A stretch of DNA of 64,000 nt, taken from Chthoniobacterales bacterium. Lineage in GTDB: Bacteria; Verrucomicrobiota; Verrucomicrobiia; Chthoniobacterales; UBA10450. Shown piece by piece: positions 16,801 through 24,609 of this stretch; the first letter of the stretch is position 1, and each line of letters begins with the position of its first letter. The notes below the pieces were generated by a model. It did no database searches. It worked only from the letters and a program-made list of their open reading frames with translations, and was not told the origin of the DNA. The position numbers and the translations under genes are program-made. The stretch is from assembly GCA_036270255.1 (NCBI GenBank), contig DATBCW010000144.1:662-64661 (forward strand), written 5' to 3'.

Positions 16801-18117
16801 ATGAATCGCTTTTCCCGAGGACGCTTCGTTCCCGTGAAAATCCTCGTCGTCGGCGGCGGTGGCCGCGAACACGCGCTGGCTTGGAAACTGAAGCAATCGC
16901 CCGGTCTGGATCGAATTTTTTGCGCACCGGGAAATGCCGGGACTGAAGCGGTCGGAGAAAACGTCGCGATTAAGGCGAGCGATCTGCCGGGGCTGGCGCG
17001 GTTTGCGAAAGAAAATCGGATCGAGCTGACTGTCGTCGGGCCGGACGATCCGCTAGCGGCGGGAATCGTCGATCTTTTCGAAAGCGAAGAACTCCGGATT
17101 TTCGGGCCAACGAAATCAGCCGCGCGATTGGAGTCCTCGAAAATTTTCGCGAAGGAATTGATGCGAGCGAAGCAGATCCCGACCGCGCGGGCGGCGACTT
17201 TCGAGAAACAGGAGGCGGCTTTTGCCTTTCTCCACGAATCGCATTTCCCGATCGTGATCAAGGCCGATGGGTTGGCTCTGGGTAAGGGAGTGATCGTCGC
17301 GAAAGACTTGGGCGAAGCGGAACAAGCGGTGAAGGAGATGCTGAGCGAAGGGCGCTTTGGCGACGCGGGTCGGCGTCTCTTGATCGAAGAATGTTTGGCA
17401 GGAACGGAGTGTTCGTTACACGCGTTGGTCGACGGGAGAAATTTTCGGATGCTGGCCAGCGCGCGCGATCACAAACGAGCCTTCGACGGCGACACGGGGC
17501 CGAACACCGGAGGGATGGGCGCGTTTAGTCCGGCGAACAATTTCGATCTGGCAATGGCGGACCGTTTCGAGGTCGAAGTAATGCGCCCCCTCCTCGATGC
17601 GCTGCGTGAGAGCAACGTGACATTTCGCGGTCTGCTTTTCCCCGGTCTGATGATCACGGCGGAGGGCCCGCGTGTGCTCGAGTTCAATTGCCGGTTCGGC
17701 GATCCGGAGACACAGGCAATTTTACCCCGGCTAAAGTCCGATCTGTTGCCGCTGCTCGAGGCAACCATCGACGGAACGCTAAGCAACGCGGTGATCGAAT
17801 GGGATGCGCGACCGGCGGTGACCGTCGTCATGGCTTCCGGCGGATATCCGGACAAATATGAGACCGGCAGACCGATTTCCGGTCTGTCGGCTGCTGCCTC
17901 GAATGATGTGCAAATCTTTCATGCCGGCACGAGGCGGGAAAATGGAGAAATCGTGGCGAGTGGCGGGCGGGTTCTCGCCGTGACAGCGCTTGGTGAAACT
18001 ATCGCGGCCGCGCGCGTTCGCGCCTACGACGCTGTCTCGCGAATCCATTTCGAGGGCTGCCATTATCGCCGGGATATTGCTCTGAGCGTGACGGACGATA
18101 AGATCGTGGGACACTGA
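16801..18117 (+). CDS. purD: Phosphoribosylamine--glycine ligase
   Basis: VKILVVGGGGREHALAWKL, APGNAG, IVIKADGLALGKGV, ATP-grasp blocks, GGRVLAVTALG. The true start may be GTG 16834 (VKILVV...). Confidence 0.92.
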   Translation: MNRFSRGRFVPVKILVVGGGGREHALAWKLKQSPGLDRIFCAPGNAGTEAVGENVAIKASDLPGLARFAKENRIELTVVGPDDPLAAGIVDLFESEELRIFGPTKSAARLESSKIFAKELMRAKQIPTARAATFEKQEAAFAFLHESHFPIVIKADGLALGKGVIVAKDLGEAEQAVKEMLSEGRFGDAGRRLLIEECLAGTECSLHALVDGRNFRMLASARDHKRAFDGDTGPNTGGMGAFSPANNFDLAMADRFEVEVMRPLLDALRESNVTFRGLLFPGLMITAEGPRVLEFNCRFGDPETQAILPRLKSDLLPLLEATIDGTLSNAVIEWDARPAVTVVMASGGYPDKYETGRPISGLSAAASNDVQIFHAGTRRENGEIVASGGRVLAVTALGETIAAARVRAYDAVSRIHFEGCHYRRDIALSVTDDKIVGH

Positions 18118-19217
18118 TGTCGCGCCTCGCCTTGCTCATTACTAATTTTTGCTGCTGGGCTGCGCTCGCCCAATTGCACGCGCAAGCGCCCGCGAAATCC
18201 TCGCCGGCGCCAACCACGGCTCCGGAACCGTCCGCGACGCCCACGACGCGTGCTTTGATCGACTCGATGGATTCCGCCGATCTGAAGGAAGCGATCCAGT
18301 TGTTGAAGAACAATTACATCAAACCGGAAGCGTTGAGCGAAACGGAATTGAGCCGCGCGGCGTTCGAAGGAATTCTCACCCGGCTCGGGCGCGGCGTCGT
18401 TTTGCTTTCGAGCGCGAATGCCGAGCCGTCGGAACCGGCCGTGCCAGCCTACTCCGAAATTCTGGACGGCCACGTCGGTTATCTGCGCCTGGGCGTGTTG
18501 AACAAAGGTAACCTCGAGGCCCTCGACTCGAGCCTGCAAACGCTGGCGGGAAAAAAGGTGGATGCGGTGGTGCTCGACTTCCGCGCGAGTCCGGCAACGA
18601 ACGATTTCCCGGTCGCGGCTGAATTCGCAAAACGGTTTTGCCCGAAGGACAAACCGCTCTTTACGCTGCGAAAGACGACGGCGCGCCAGGAAAAAGCTTT
18701 CACATCCGACCGCGACCCGTCTTATCAAGGACTCCTGATCATTCTCGCCGACAGCGACACGGCGGGCGCGGCGGAGGCGGTTGCTGGGGTCATCCATCTT
18801 TACGATAAAGCCGTCGTCATCGGGCAGCCCACGGCGGGTCGCGCAGTGGAATATTCCGATTTGAAATTGCCCAGTGGAAAACTGCTTCGAGTTGCGGTCG
18901 GCGAAGCGGTTTTGCCGCAAGGGCGTCCGCTTTTTCCCGGTGGATTGAAACCGGACGTCGCGGTGGAGATGCCGGGGGTAGATAAGCGCGAGGTGTTTCA
19001 AGCCAGCCGCGAGAAAGGGATGACGCCCTTCATCGCGGAGAATTCGCGGCCGCATTTGAATGAAGCGGCCCTCATTTCCGGCAAGAACCCGGAGCTGGAA
19101 GCGATGGAAGCGGCGCAGAAGAGGAAAACGGCCCCGGAAAAAGGCGGCGTGCATGACCCCGTGTTGCAGCGCGCGCTGGATCTGGTGACGTCGATCGGGA
19201 TTTTCGAGAAGAAATAG
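18117..19217 (+). CDS. Secreted S41 (C-terminal processing peptidase)-like protein, catalytic dyad apparently lost
   Basis: Signal peptide MSRLALLITNFCCWAALAQLHAQA. S41-type blocks GHVGYLRLGVL, VVLDFR, LLIILADSDTAGAAEAVAGVI...VVIGQPTAGRAV align gap-free to LVN.GSASASEI.AGAL....VGE.TFGKG. TGATG overlap with purD. Confidence 0.6.
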   Translation: MSRLALLITNFCCWAALAQLHAQAPAKSSPAPTTAPEPSATPTTRALIDSMDSADLKEAIQLLKNNYIKPEALSETELSRAAFEGILTRLGRGVVLLSSANAEPSEPAVPAYSEILDGHVGYLRLGVLNKGNLEALDSSLQTLAGKKVDAVVLDFRASPATNDFPVAAEFAKRFCPKDKPLFTLRKTTARQEKAFTSDRDPSYQGLLIILADSDTAGAAEAVAGVIHLYDKAVVIGQPTAGRAVEYSDLKLPSGKLLRVAVGEAVLPQGRPLFPGGLKPDVAVEMPGVDKREVFQASREKGMTPFIAENSRPHLNEAALISGKNPELEAMEAAQKRKTAPEKGGVHDPVLQRALDLVTSIGIFEKK

Positions 19218-19259
19218 GTCCTATAGGACACATATGACTCATGTTAGAATTTCGCTCGG

Positions 19260-19979
19260 GTGAATCCGCTCGAAGAACGCATCGGCTACAAGTTCCGAAA
19301 TTCGTTGTTGCTGGCGGAAGCGCTCACCCATCCAAGCTTGCGGCACGAGACGCATCGGAGCCATTTCGATAATCAGCGGCTGGAATTTCTGGGCGACGCC
19401 GTTTTGCAGCTGGTCATCACCGAACATCTCTACGGCTATTTCACCGCGGAAGCGGAAGGGAAGTTGACGAAGCTCCGGGCGCGGCTGGTTTCGCGGGAAG
19501 CGCTGGCGCTGCATGCGGCGGCCATCGACTTGGGAAAATATTTAATGATGGGCCGCGGAGAAGAAGCCAGTGGCGGACGGGTGCGCAACTCGACTCTGGC
19601 CGATGCGTTCGAAGCGCTGGTGGGCGCGATCTATCTCGACAGCGATCTCGAGGCAGCGCGGAAATTTATTCTGGAACAAGCCGCGGCAGAATTGGCGCAG
19701 ATGGTCGAAGAGCCGGTCGACGTGAATCCGAAGGGCCAGCTCCAGGAATTGCTCCAGGCGATTTCGCCGCGGAGCCCGGTCTACGAGGTGATGTCGCAAA
19801 GCGGGCCCGAGCATTCGAAGACATTTTCCGTACGGGCGTTGTGGGAAGGCATCGAGCTTGGGAAGGGGACTGGGAAAAGTAAGAAACAGGCAGAGACAGC
19901 AGCGGCGATCGAAGCGATGCGCGAGCGGCGGTGGGAGAAGAATTCTGAATTGGTAGGGCGAGACTCTGTCGAGCCGTAG
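19260..19979 (+). CDS. rnc: Ribonuclease III
   Basis: LLAEALTHPS, NQRLEFLGDAVL (signature), LADAFEALVGAIYLD, dsRBD PKGQLQELLQ...GTGKSKKQAETAAA. GTG start. Last 9 codons and the stop lie in a palindromic repeat. Confidence 0.92.
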   Translation: MNPLEERIGYKFRNSLLLAEALTHPSLRHETHRSHFDNQRLEFLGDAVLQLVITEHLYGYFTAEAEGKLTKLRARLVSREALALHAAAIDLGKYLMMGRGEEASGGRVRNSTLADAFEALVGAIYLDSDLEAARKFILEQAAAELAQMVEEPVDVNPKGQLQELLQAISPRSPVYEVMSQSGPEHSKTFSVRALWEGIELGKGTGKSKKQAETAAAIEAMRERRWEKNSELVGRDSVEP

Positions 19980-20012
19980 ACTGCGGCGGCTCGACAGAGT
20001 CTCGCCCTACCA
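19951..20012. repeat. Palindromic element family C (TGGTAGGGCGAGACTCTGTCGAGCC), copy 1
   Basis: Perfect 25-nt arms 19951-19975 / 19988-20012 with a 12-nt loop. The loop holds the rnc stop (19977-19979) and the right arm holds the thiD stop (20007-20009). Confidence 0.9.
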
Positions 20013-20798
20013 GGTGCGCAGGGAATGATTCAGGGCGTGGATTTCATTCCAGGCGTGATGCTGGGCGATCGTTGCCGAGACGAATTCCTTGGCGCGCCTG
20101 ACGGATTCTTCGAGCGGCAAACCCATCGCGAGGCCGGCGGTAATCGCGGCCGAATAGGTGCAGCCGGTTCCATGCGTCGCGATGCCGCGCGAGAACGGGG
20201 CGGAGAATTCGATGATGTTCCCGTTCAAAAACAGGAGATCAATTGCCTGATCGCCCGTGAGATGCCCGCCTTTCAACAAAATCGAGACGCCGTATTTGTT
20301 CGCCAGGATTTCGCCGGCTTCGCGCATCGCTCGCAGGTCGCCGATCGGTTTGCCGATTAGGCACGCCGCTTCATCGAGATTCGGTGTGATCAGAGCGGCG
20401 TGCGGAAACAATTCCTGCTCGTAACTTCCGATTGCGTCATCCTGCAGCAGGGGATCGCCGCCCGTGGCCACCATCACGGGATCGATGACGAGCGGAATCG
20501 ACCGATGCTCCCGAAGCGCGCGCGCGATCTCACGGATAATCTCGGAGGAAAACAGAAGCCCGGTCTTGATCGCCCCGACCGGAAAGCTACGCAGGAGCAC
20601 TTTGATCTGTTCGTGGACCAACGCCGCGCTCACCGGCTCGATCTTCGAAACGCGGCCCGGCGTTTCCGCGACCACACAGGTCACCGCCGTCAATCCGTAC
20701 ACGCCCAGCGCGCTGAATGTTTTCAGGTCGGCTTGAATGCCGGCGCCGGCGCTACTGTCCGAGCCGGCGATGCTGAGGGCGACCGGGATTTGTCCCAT
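20007..20798 (-). CDS. thiD: Hydroxymethylpyrimidine/phosphomethylpyrimidine kinase
   Basis: ALSIAGSDSSAGAGIQADLKTFSALGVYG, IKTGLL, VIDPVMVATGG, LLKGGHL, THGTGCTYSAAI. Confidence 0.9.
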   Translation of the reverse strand: MGQIPVALSIAGSDSSAGAGIQADLKTFSALGVYGLTAVTCVVAETPGRVSKIEPVSAALVHEQIKVLLRSFPVGAIKTGLLFSSEIIREIARALREHRSIPLVIDPVMVATGGDPLLQDDAIGSYEQELFPHAALITPNLDEAACLIGKPIGDLRAMREAGEILANKYGVSILLKGGHLTGDQAIDLLFLNGNIIEFSAPFSRGIATHGTGCTYSAAITAGLAMGLPLEESVRRAKEFVSATIAQHHAWNEIHALNHSLRTW

Positions 20799-20822
20799 GA
20801 GACGTGGGACGAATCGGATTAA

Positions 20823-21056
20823 TTACCCGCCGTCGGCGCCGATCGCTTCAACAGGGCAACCTTCCATCGCTTCCTTGCAAAGCGCTTCTTCCTCGGGGCT
20901 CTCCGGTTGTTTGTAAACGAAGGAGTGGCCGCCGTCGTCGTTGCGTTTGTAATTCGCCGGCGCCGTTTCACGGCAGAGATCGCAGTCGATGCATTGGTCA
21001 TCGACGTAATAAGGTCCGGCAACGTTCTCGGGATATTTATTGGCAGCGTCAGCCAT
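20823..21056 (-). CDS. Small single-cluster [4Fe-4S] ferredoxin
   Basis: 77 aa, CIDCDLC ... CPVEAI cysteine pattern. Confidence 0.75.
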   Translation of the reverse strand: MADAANKYPENVAGPYYVDDQCIDCDLCRETAPANYKRNDDGGHSFVYKQPESPEEEALCKEAMEGCPVEAIGADGG

Positions 21057-21174
21057 ATTCTTCCGCTAAAAGCGAACTCGAACGTAGAAAGAAACCCCTC
21101 GGGCGCAAATAGAAATCTGTTGCGCATCGCAGAGCGGCGCGGCCAATCTTATTACCGGCAGCGATGTGTGAGAG

Positions 21175-21435
21175 ATGGCTCGCAAATCCGTAACGAACAA
21201 GGAGAAATCAAAGACGTTCCGAGCGTTCCTCATTGAGCTCGTGATCTACATCGTTTTCGTGACGGTGTATTTCTTTCTCGTCCTCCATTTCCTGGCCGGT
21301 TGGCTCCAGGATTTGTACCTGCATCACCTGAGCCTTTACGCGCTCATGGCGATCGTCCTGATCATCGGACAGGCAGTGTTGCTGGAAAGTATAACGACCG
21401 CGCTGCTGCGTTTCCTGCGCGGCCGCGCCCAATAA
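21175..21435 (+). CDS. Small hypothetical membrane protein (2 predicted TM helices)
   Basis: 86 aa, basic N-terminus then LIELVIYIVFVTVYFFLVLHFLAGW and LYALMAIVLIIGQAVLL. Sits 3 nt upstream of the TauE-like gene. Confidence 0.4.
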   Translation: MARKSVTNKEKSKTFRAFLIELVIYIVFVTVYFFLVLHFLAGWLQDLYLHHLSLYALMAIVLIIGQAVLLESITTALLRFLRGRAQ

Positions 21436-21438
21436 ACC

Positions 21439-22362
21439 ATGTTCTTCCCAATCTCGAATTCACACATCAGTCCGGTCTATCTGGTGATCGTCGGGTTTAT
21501 CATCGGAATCCTGGGCGGGTTTTTTGGAGTGGGGGGGAGTTTTATCGCGGGACCCGCGCTGCGGGCGGTGGGGTTGGATTGGAGTTTCGCGGTCGGCACT
21601 GATCTCGCCCACATCGTGGGCAAATCAGTCGTCGCTGCAAGACGGCATCGCGCGCTGGGAAACGTCGACCTGAAGCTGGGCCTGATCATGGCCGTCGGCA
21701 CGATGGGCGGCGCGGAAGTTGGCGCGCAATTGATTCAGATGCTGAAGCGAGCCGGAAATATTAACTCCGTCGTCAGCATGGTCTCGATTGCGATCTACAT
21801 CAGCATCTCGAGCTTTATGATCTGGGAAGCGTGGCGGACGCTGCGCTACCAGAAAAGGCGCGGGCCGCGCAGCAAAACGCCGGGGACCGCGAGAAAAGAC
21901 GAATCGTCTTTTAGTCATCGGACCGCAGCGATCCAGCGCCTGAAACTTTGGCCGATGATTTCGCTGCCCGCGTCCGGGGTGAAAGCGATCTCGCTCTGGG
22001 TCATCGTCGTGGTGTCGTTCATTGGCGGTTTGTTCAGTGGGTTCCTCGGTGGCGGCGCCGGCTACATTCGAATGCCGATGCTTGTTTATGTTCTCGGCAT
22101 TCCCACCCACCTCGCGGTGGGAACCGATCTTTTTGAAATCATTATCTCGGCCAGCTATGGGACGTTCAGCCACGCGCTCAAGGGTAACGTCGACATTTTG
22201 ATCGCGCTCGTCATGCACACCGGGGCGGCGATCGGCGCGCAGATCGGGGCCATCTCCACTCAATATTTTGCGGGCCCGAAAATTCGAATGGCGTTCGTGC
22301 CGCTGCCATTGATCGGCGCCGCCATCGTGATCTACACGATGGTCACCGGCCACAAACTCTAG
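21439..22362 (+). CDS. TauE/SafE (TSUP) family anion exporter-like membrane protein
   Basis: Internal duplication with GILGGFFGVGGSFIAGPAL and GFLGGGAGYIRMPMLVYVLG motifs; polytopic. Confidence 0.75.
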   Translation: MFFPISNSHISPVYLVIVGFIIGILGGFFGVGGSFIAGPALRAVGLDWSFAVGTDLAHIVGKSVVAARRHRALGNVDLKLGLIMAVGTMGGAEVGAQLIQMLKRAGNINSVVSMVSIAIYISISSFMIWEAWRTLRYQKRRGPRSKTPGTARKDESSFSHRTAAIQRLKLWPMISLPASGVKAISLWVIVVVSFIGGLFSGFLGGGAGYIRMPMLVYVLGIPTHLAVGTDLFEIIISASYGTFSHALKGNVDILIALVMHTGAAIGAQIGAISTQYFAGPKIRMAFVPLPLIGAAIVIYTMVTGHKL

Positions 22363-22365
22363 TTT

Positions 22366-23259
22366 ATGCGCATTCTCATTTGCAGCGACGGCACCGATCC
22401 CGCGGATAAGCCCGTTCTTCTGGCCGGACTCGTGGCGGCTCCGACCAAGGCTGAAACCACTCTGCTTGGAATTGCGGAAACATCCGGTGACGACAAGCCG
22501 CTTCGCGACGCGCTCGATGCCGAAGCAGAAAAGCTCCGGCGCTTCGACGTTTCCCCTGAAATCGTGGTGCGCGCCGGCGAACCGATCCGAGAGATTTTGG
22601 AACAAACGAAAAACGCCCGATACGACATAACGATTATCGGGGCGCGACGCAAAACGAGCAGCGGGCCTTATTGGCGTTCCGGAAAAACCTACGAGGTCAT
22701 TAAGGCCATCCCAACTCCGGTGCTCCTGGCGACCGGTATTTGCGAGACGTTGAAGAGTTTCATTGTTTGCACGGGCGGAAAAAAATACATCGACGCCGCG
22801 GTGGAATTGACCGGCAAACTCGCCGCCGCTGTCGGCGCGTCCGTCACCCTTCTCCATGTCATGGCCGAACCGCCGGCAATTTACGCTGACCTGATGCGGC
22901 TCGAAGAAGACGTCGAACGTTTGCTGCGATCCGGATCGGAGCTCGGCCGCAATTTGCTCGCGCAAAAACAGAGCCTGGAAAAGCTGGGCATTCTTGTCGA
23001 AGTGCGCGTCCGCCACGGATTCGTGCTCGACCAGATTTTCGCGGACGTGAGCGAACGCGGCCACGATTTGATTGTGACGGGTTCGTCGCCGACGCGTGGG
23101 CCTCTCGGTCACTACATCATGGGCGACGTGACGCGTGAAATCGTGAATCGCGCGAACGTTCCAGTGCTCGTTGCGCGATCGGCGAAAAACGCCGGAGCGC
23201 CGGGCGGAATCTGGAGCACCTTGAAGCAACTGGTGGCTTCGAGCTGGGGCGAGGGGTAG
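22366..23259 (+). CDS. Universal stress protein, tandem Usp domains
   Basis: MRILICSDGT... and second domain FIVCTGGKKY...LLHVM...DLIVTGS...LGHYIMGDVTREIVNRANVPVLVAR. Confidence 0.75.
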   Translation: MRILICSDGTDPADKPVLLAGLVAAPTKAETTLLGIAETSGDDKPLRDALDAEAEKLRRFDVSPEIVVRAGEPIREILEQTKNARYDITIIGARRKTSSGPYWRSGKTYEVIKAIPTPVLLATGICETLKSFIVCTGGKKYIDAAVELTGKLAAAVGASVTLLHVMAEPPAIYADLMRLEEDVERLLRSGSELGRNLLAQKQSLEKLGILVEVRVRHGFVLDQIFADVSERGHDLIVTGSSPTRGPLGHYIMGDVTREIVNRANVPVLVARSAKNAGAPGGIWSTLKQLVASSWGEG

Positions 23260-23268
23260 GGCCGTTGG

Positions 23269-23407
23269 GAAATCCCAAATCCCAAGAATCCAAGCTCCAA
23301 ACAAGGTTCAAATATCAAATCCAAGAAACTGTCCACCCGCCAACCGACTAGCGTTGCAAACACAATTGTGAGTTGGAATTTGCGGTTTGTTTGGGATTTG
23401 GGATTTC
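23269..23407. repeat. Long imperfect palindrome with arms built of AATCCCA units (hairpin family D, copy 2)
   Basis: gaaatcccaaatcccaa (23269-23285) is perfectly complementary to ttgggatttgggatttc (23391-23407), with further imperfect pairing inward. Lies between convergent usp and trpC. Confidence 0.75.
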
Positions 23408-23414
23408 GACAGGA

Positions 23415-24182
23415 TTAGCCGCCGTTTCTTTGCAGTAGTCCGCCTTGTCCGCGCATCAAGGCTTCGCCGATCAAGACGGCATCTACTCCGCAGGCTTTGA
23501 TTCGTGAAAGATCTTCCGCTGTGCGGATTCCGCTTTCGCTCACGAGCACAATCTCGTCAGGCACTTGTTCGCTCAGCGTCTCCGTCACGGCCAGATCGAC
23601 TTCGAACGTGGCAAGGTTGCGGTTGTTGATGCCGATCACGCGCGCATCCGTTTCGAGGGCGCGATCAAGTTCGGTGAGGGTATGCACTTCCACCAGTGCA
23701 TCGAGTTGATATAGCGCGGCAGTTTCGAGTAACGACACGAGCTGCTCCTGTTCGAGCGCGGCGACGATGAGCAGGATCGCGTCCGCGCCCGCGCCGGCTG
23801 CTTCCATGATCTGAAGCGGATCAAGAACGAAATCTTTTCGCAGCAGCGGCTGCGGCACCTGCTCGCGAATCAATTGCAAATAGTCGAGGTGTCCTTGAAA
23901 AAATCTTTCGTCGGTCAGAACGGAAATCGCCTCGACGCCAGCGCGCGCGTAATTCTTCGCAATCGCAACCGGATCGAATGATTCCACGATCACTCCCGCA
24001 GAGGGTGACGCTTTCTTAACTTCGGCAATCAACGCCAGCTTTCCTTCCCCCTGCTGCAACGCGAAAGCGAAGTCGCGCACGTCATTCCGCAGCAAGGCGG
24101 CGCGATGCAATTCATCGCGGCGCGGCCGGAGCCGCTCGATCTCGTCGCGTTTGAGCTGCAAAATTTCATCGAGCCGGCTCAT
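23415..24182 (-). CDS. trpC: Indole-3-glycerol phosphate synthase
   Basis: LIAEVKKASPSAG, ISVLTDERFFQG, LLRKDF, INNRNL, VSESGI. Confidence 0.92.
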   Translation of the reverse strand: MSRLDEILQLKRDEIERLRPRRDELHRAALLRNDVRDFAFALQQGEGKLALIAEVKKASPSAGVIVESFDPVAIAKNYARAGVEAISVLTDERFFQGHLDYLQLIREQVPQPLLRKDFVLDPLQIMEAAGAGADAILLIVAALEQEQLVSLLETAALYQLDALVEVHTLTELDRALETDARVIGINNRNLATFEVDLAVTETLSEQVPDEIVLVSESGIRTAEDLSRIKACGVDAVLIGEALMRGQGGLLQRNGG

Positions 24183-24264
24183 TTGGGTTGCGCATTCTGT
24201 AACGCCTAATCATGCCGGTTGCACGCGGGCGCGCGGATGGCATGTTCCCGCCGCCCTTTTTCCC

Positions 24265-24340
<76 letters not shown>

Positions 24341-24609
24341 GAATTTCGGTTCACGCAATTCACTTCGCGCCGATTTCTTCGCGCATTGAACTAAAAAAAA
24401 TCCGGGTAGTTCGTCGTTACGCGGGAAAAGCACGCCGGGGCCTTTTTCTAACTGGCTTCGTGGTGTTTACAGTTTCGGCAGCGGCGCGGGAGTTGTCCGA
24501 CCCAAGCGGCGAACCTGTGTTCATTACGGAAATGTAAGCATCCAGTCGCCGAGCATTTCCGAATTAACAGCATCCCTGTCCATTCCAATTCGGGAAGGAT
24601 CCAAAAACT

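Noticed and set aside
18063-19154. 363-aa minus-strand ORF
   Set aside because: It is antisense to the S41-like gene with an Arg-rich junk-like translation. The same reasoning applies to other long antisense or off-frame ORFs, e.g. 3940-4812, 37503-38429, 50073-51173, 51186-52235, 58192-59184, 60452-60985 and 62731-63423.
21057-21174. TPP riboswitch or other leader upstream of the ferredoxin-thiD unit
   Set aside because: I could find none of the conserved TPP aptamer elements (CUGAGA / ACCUGAUCUGGAUAAUGCCAGCG-like) on either strand. An Rfam scan would be the decisive test.
21625-23304. 559-aa ORF on the minus strand, one of the longest in the track
   Set aside because: It lies entirely antisense to two well-supported genes (TauE-like and tandem Usp). 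The translation is Arg/Ala/Gly/His-rich with no recognisable motif. This is a typical shadow ORF of stop-poor GC-rich DNA.
24341-24609. Integration-site signature (att repeat, integrase) downstream of tRNA-Thr
   Set aside because: I found no copy of the tRNA 3' end and no integrase or recombinase anywhere in the window. Only positional and compositional hints remain, reported as a low-interest finding.
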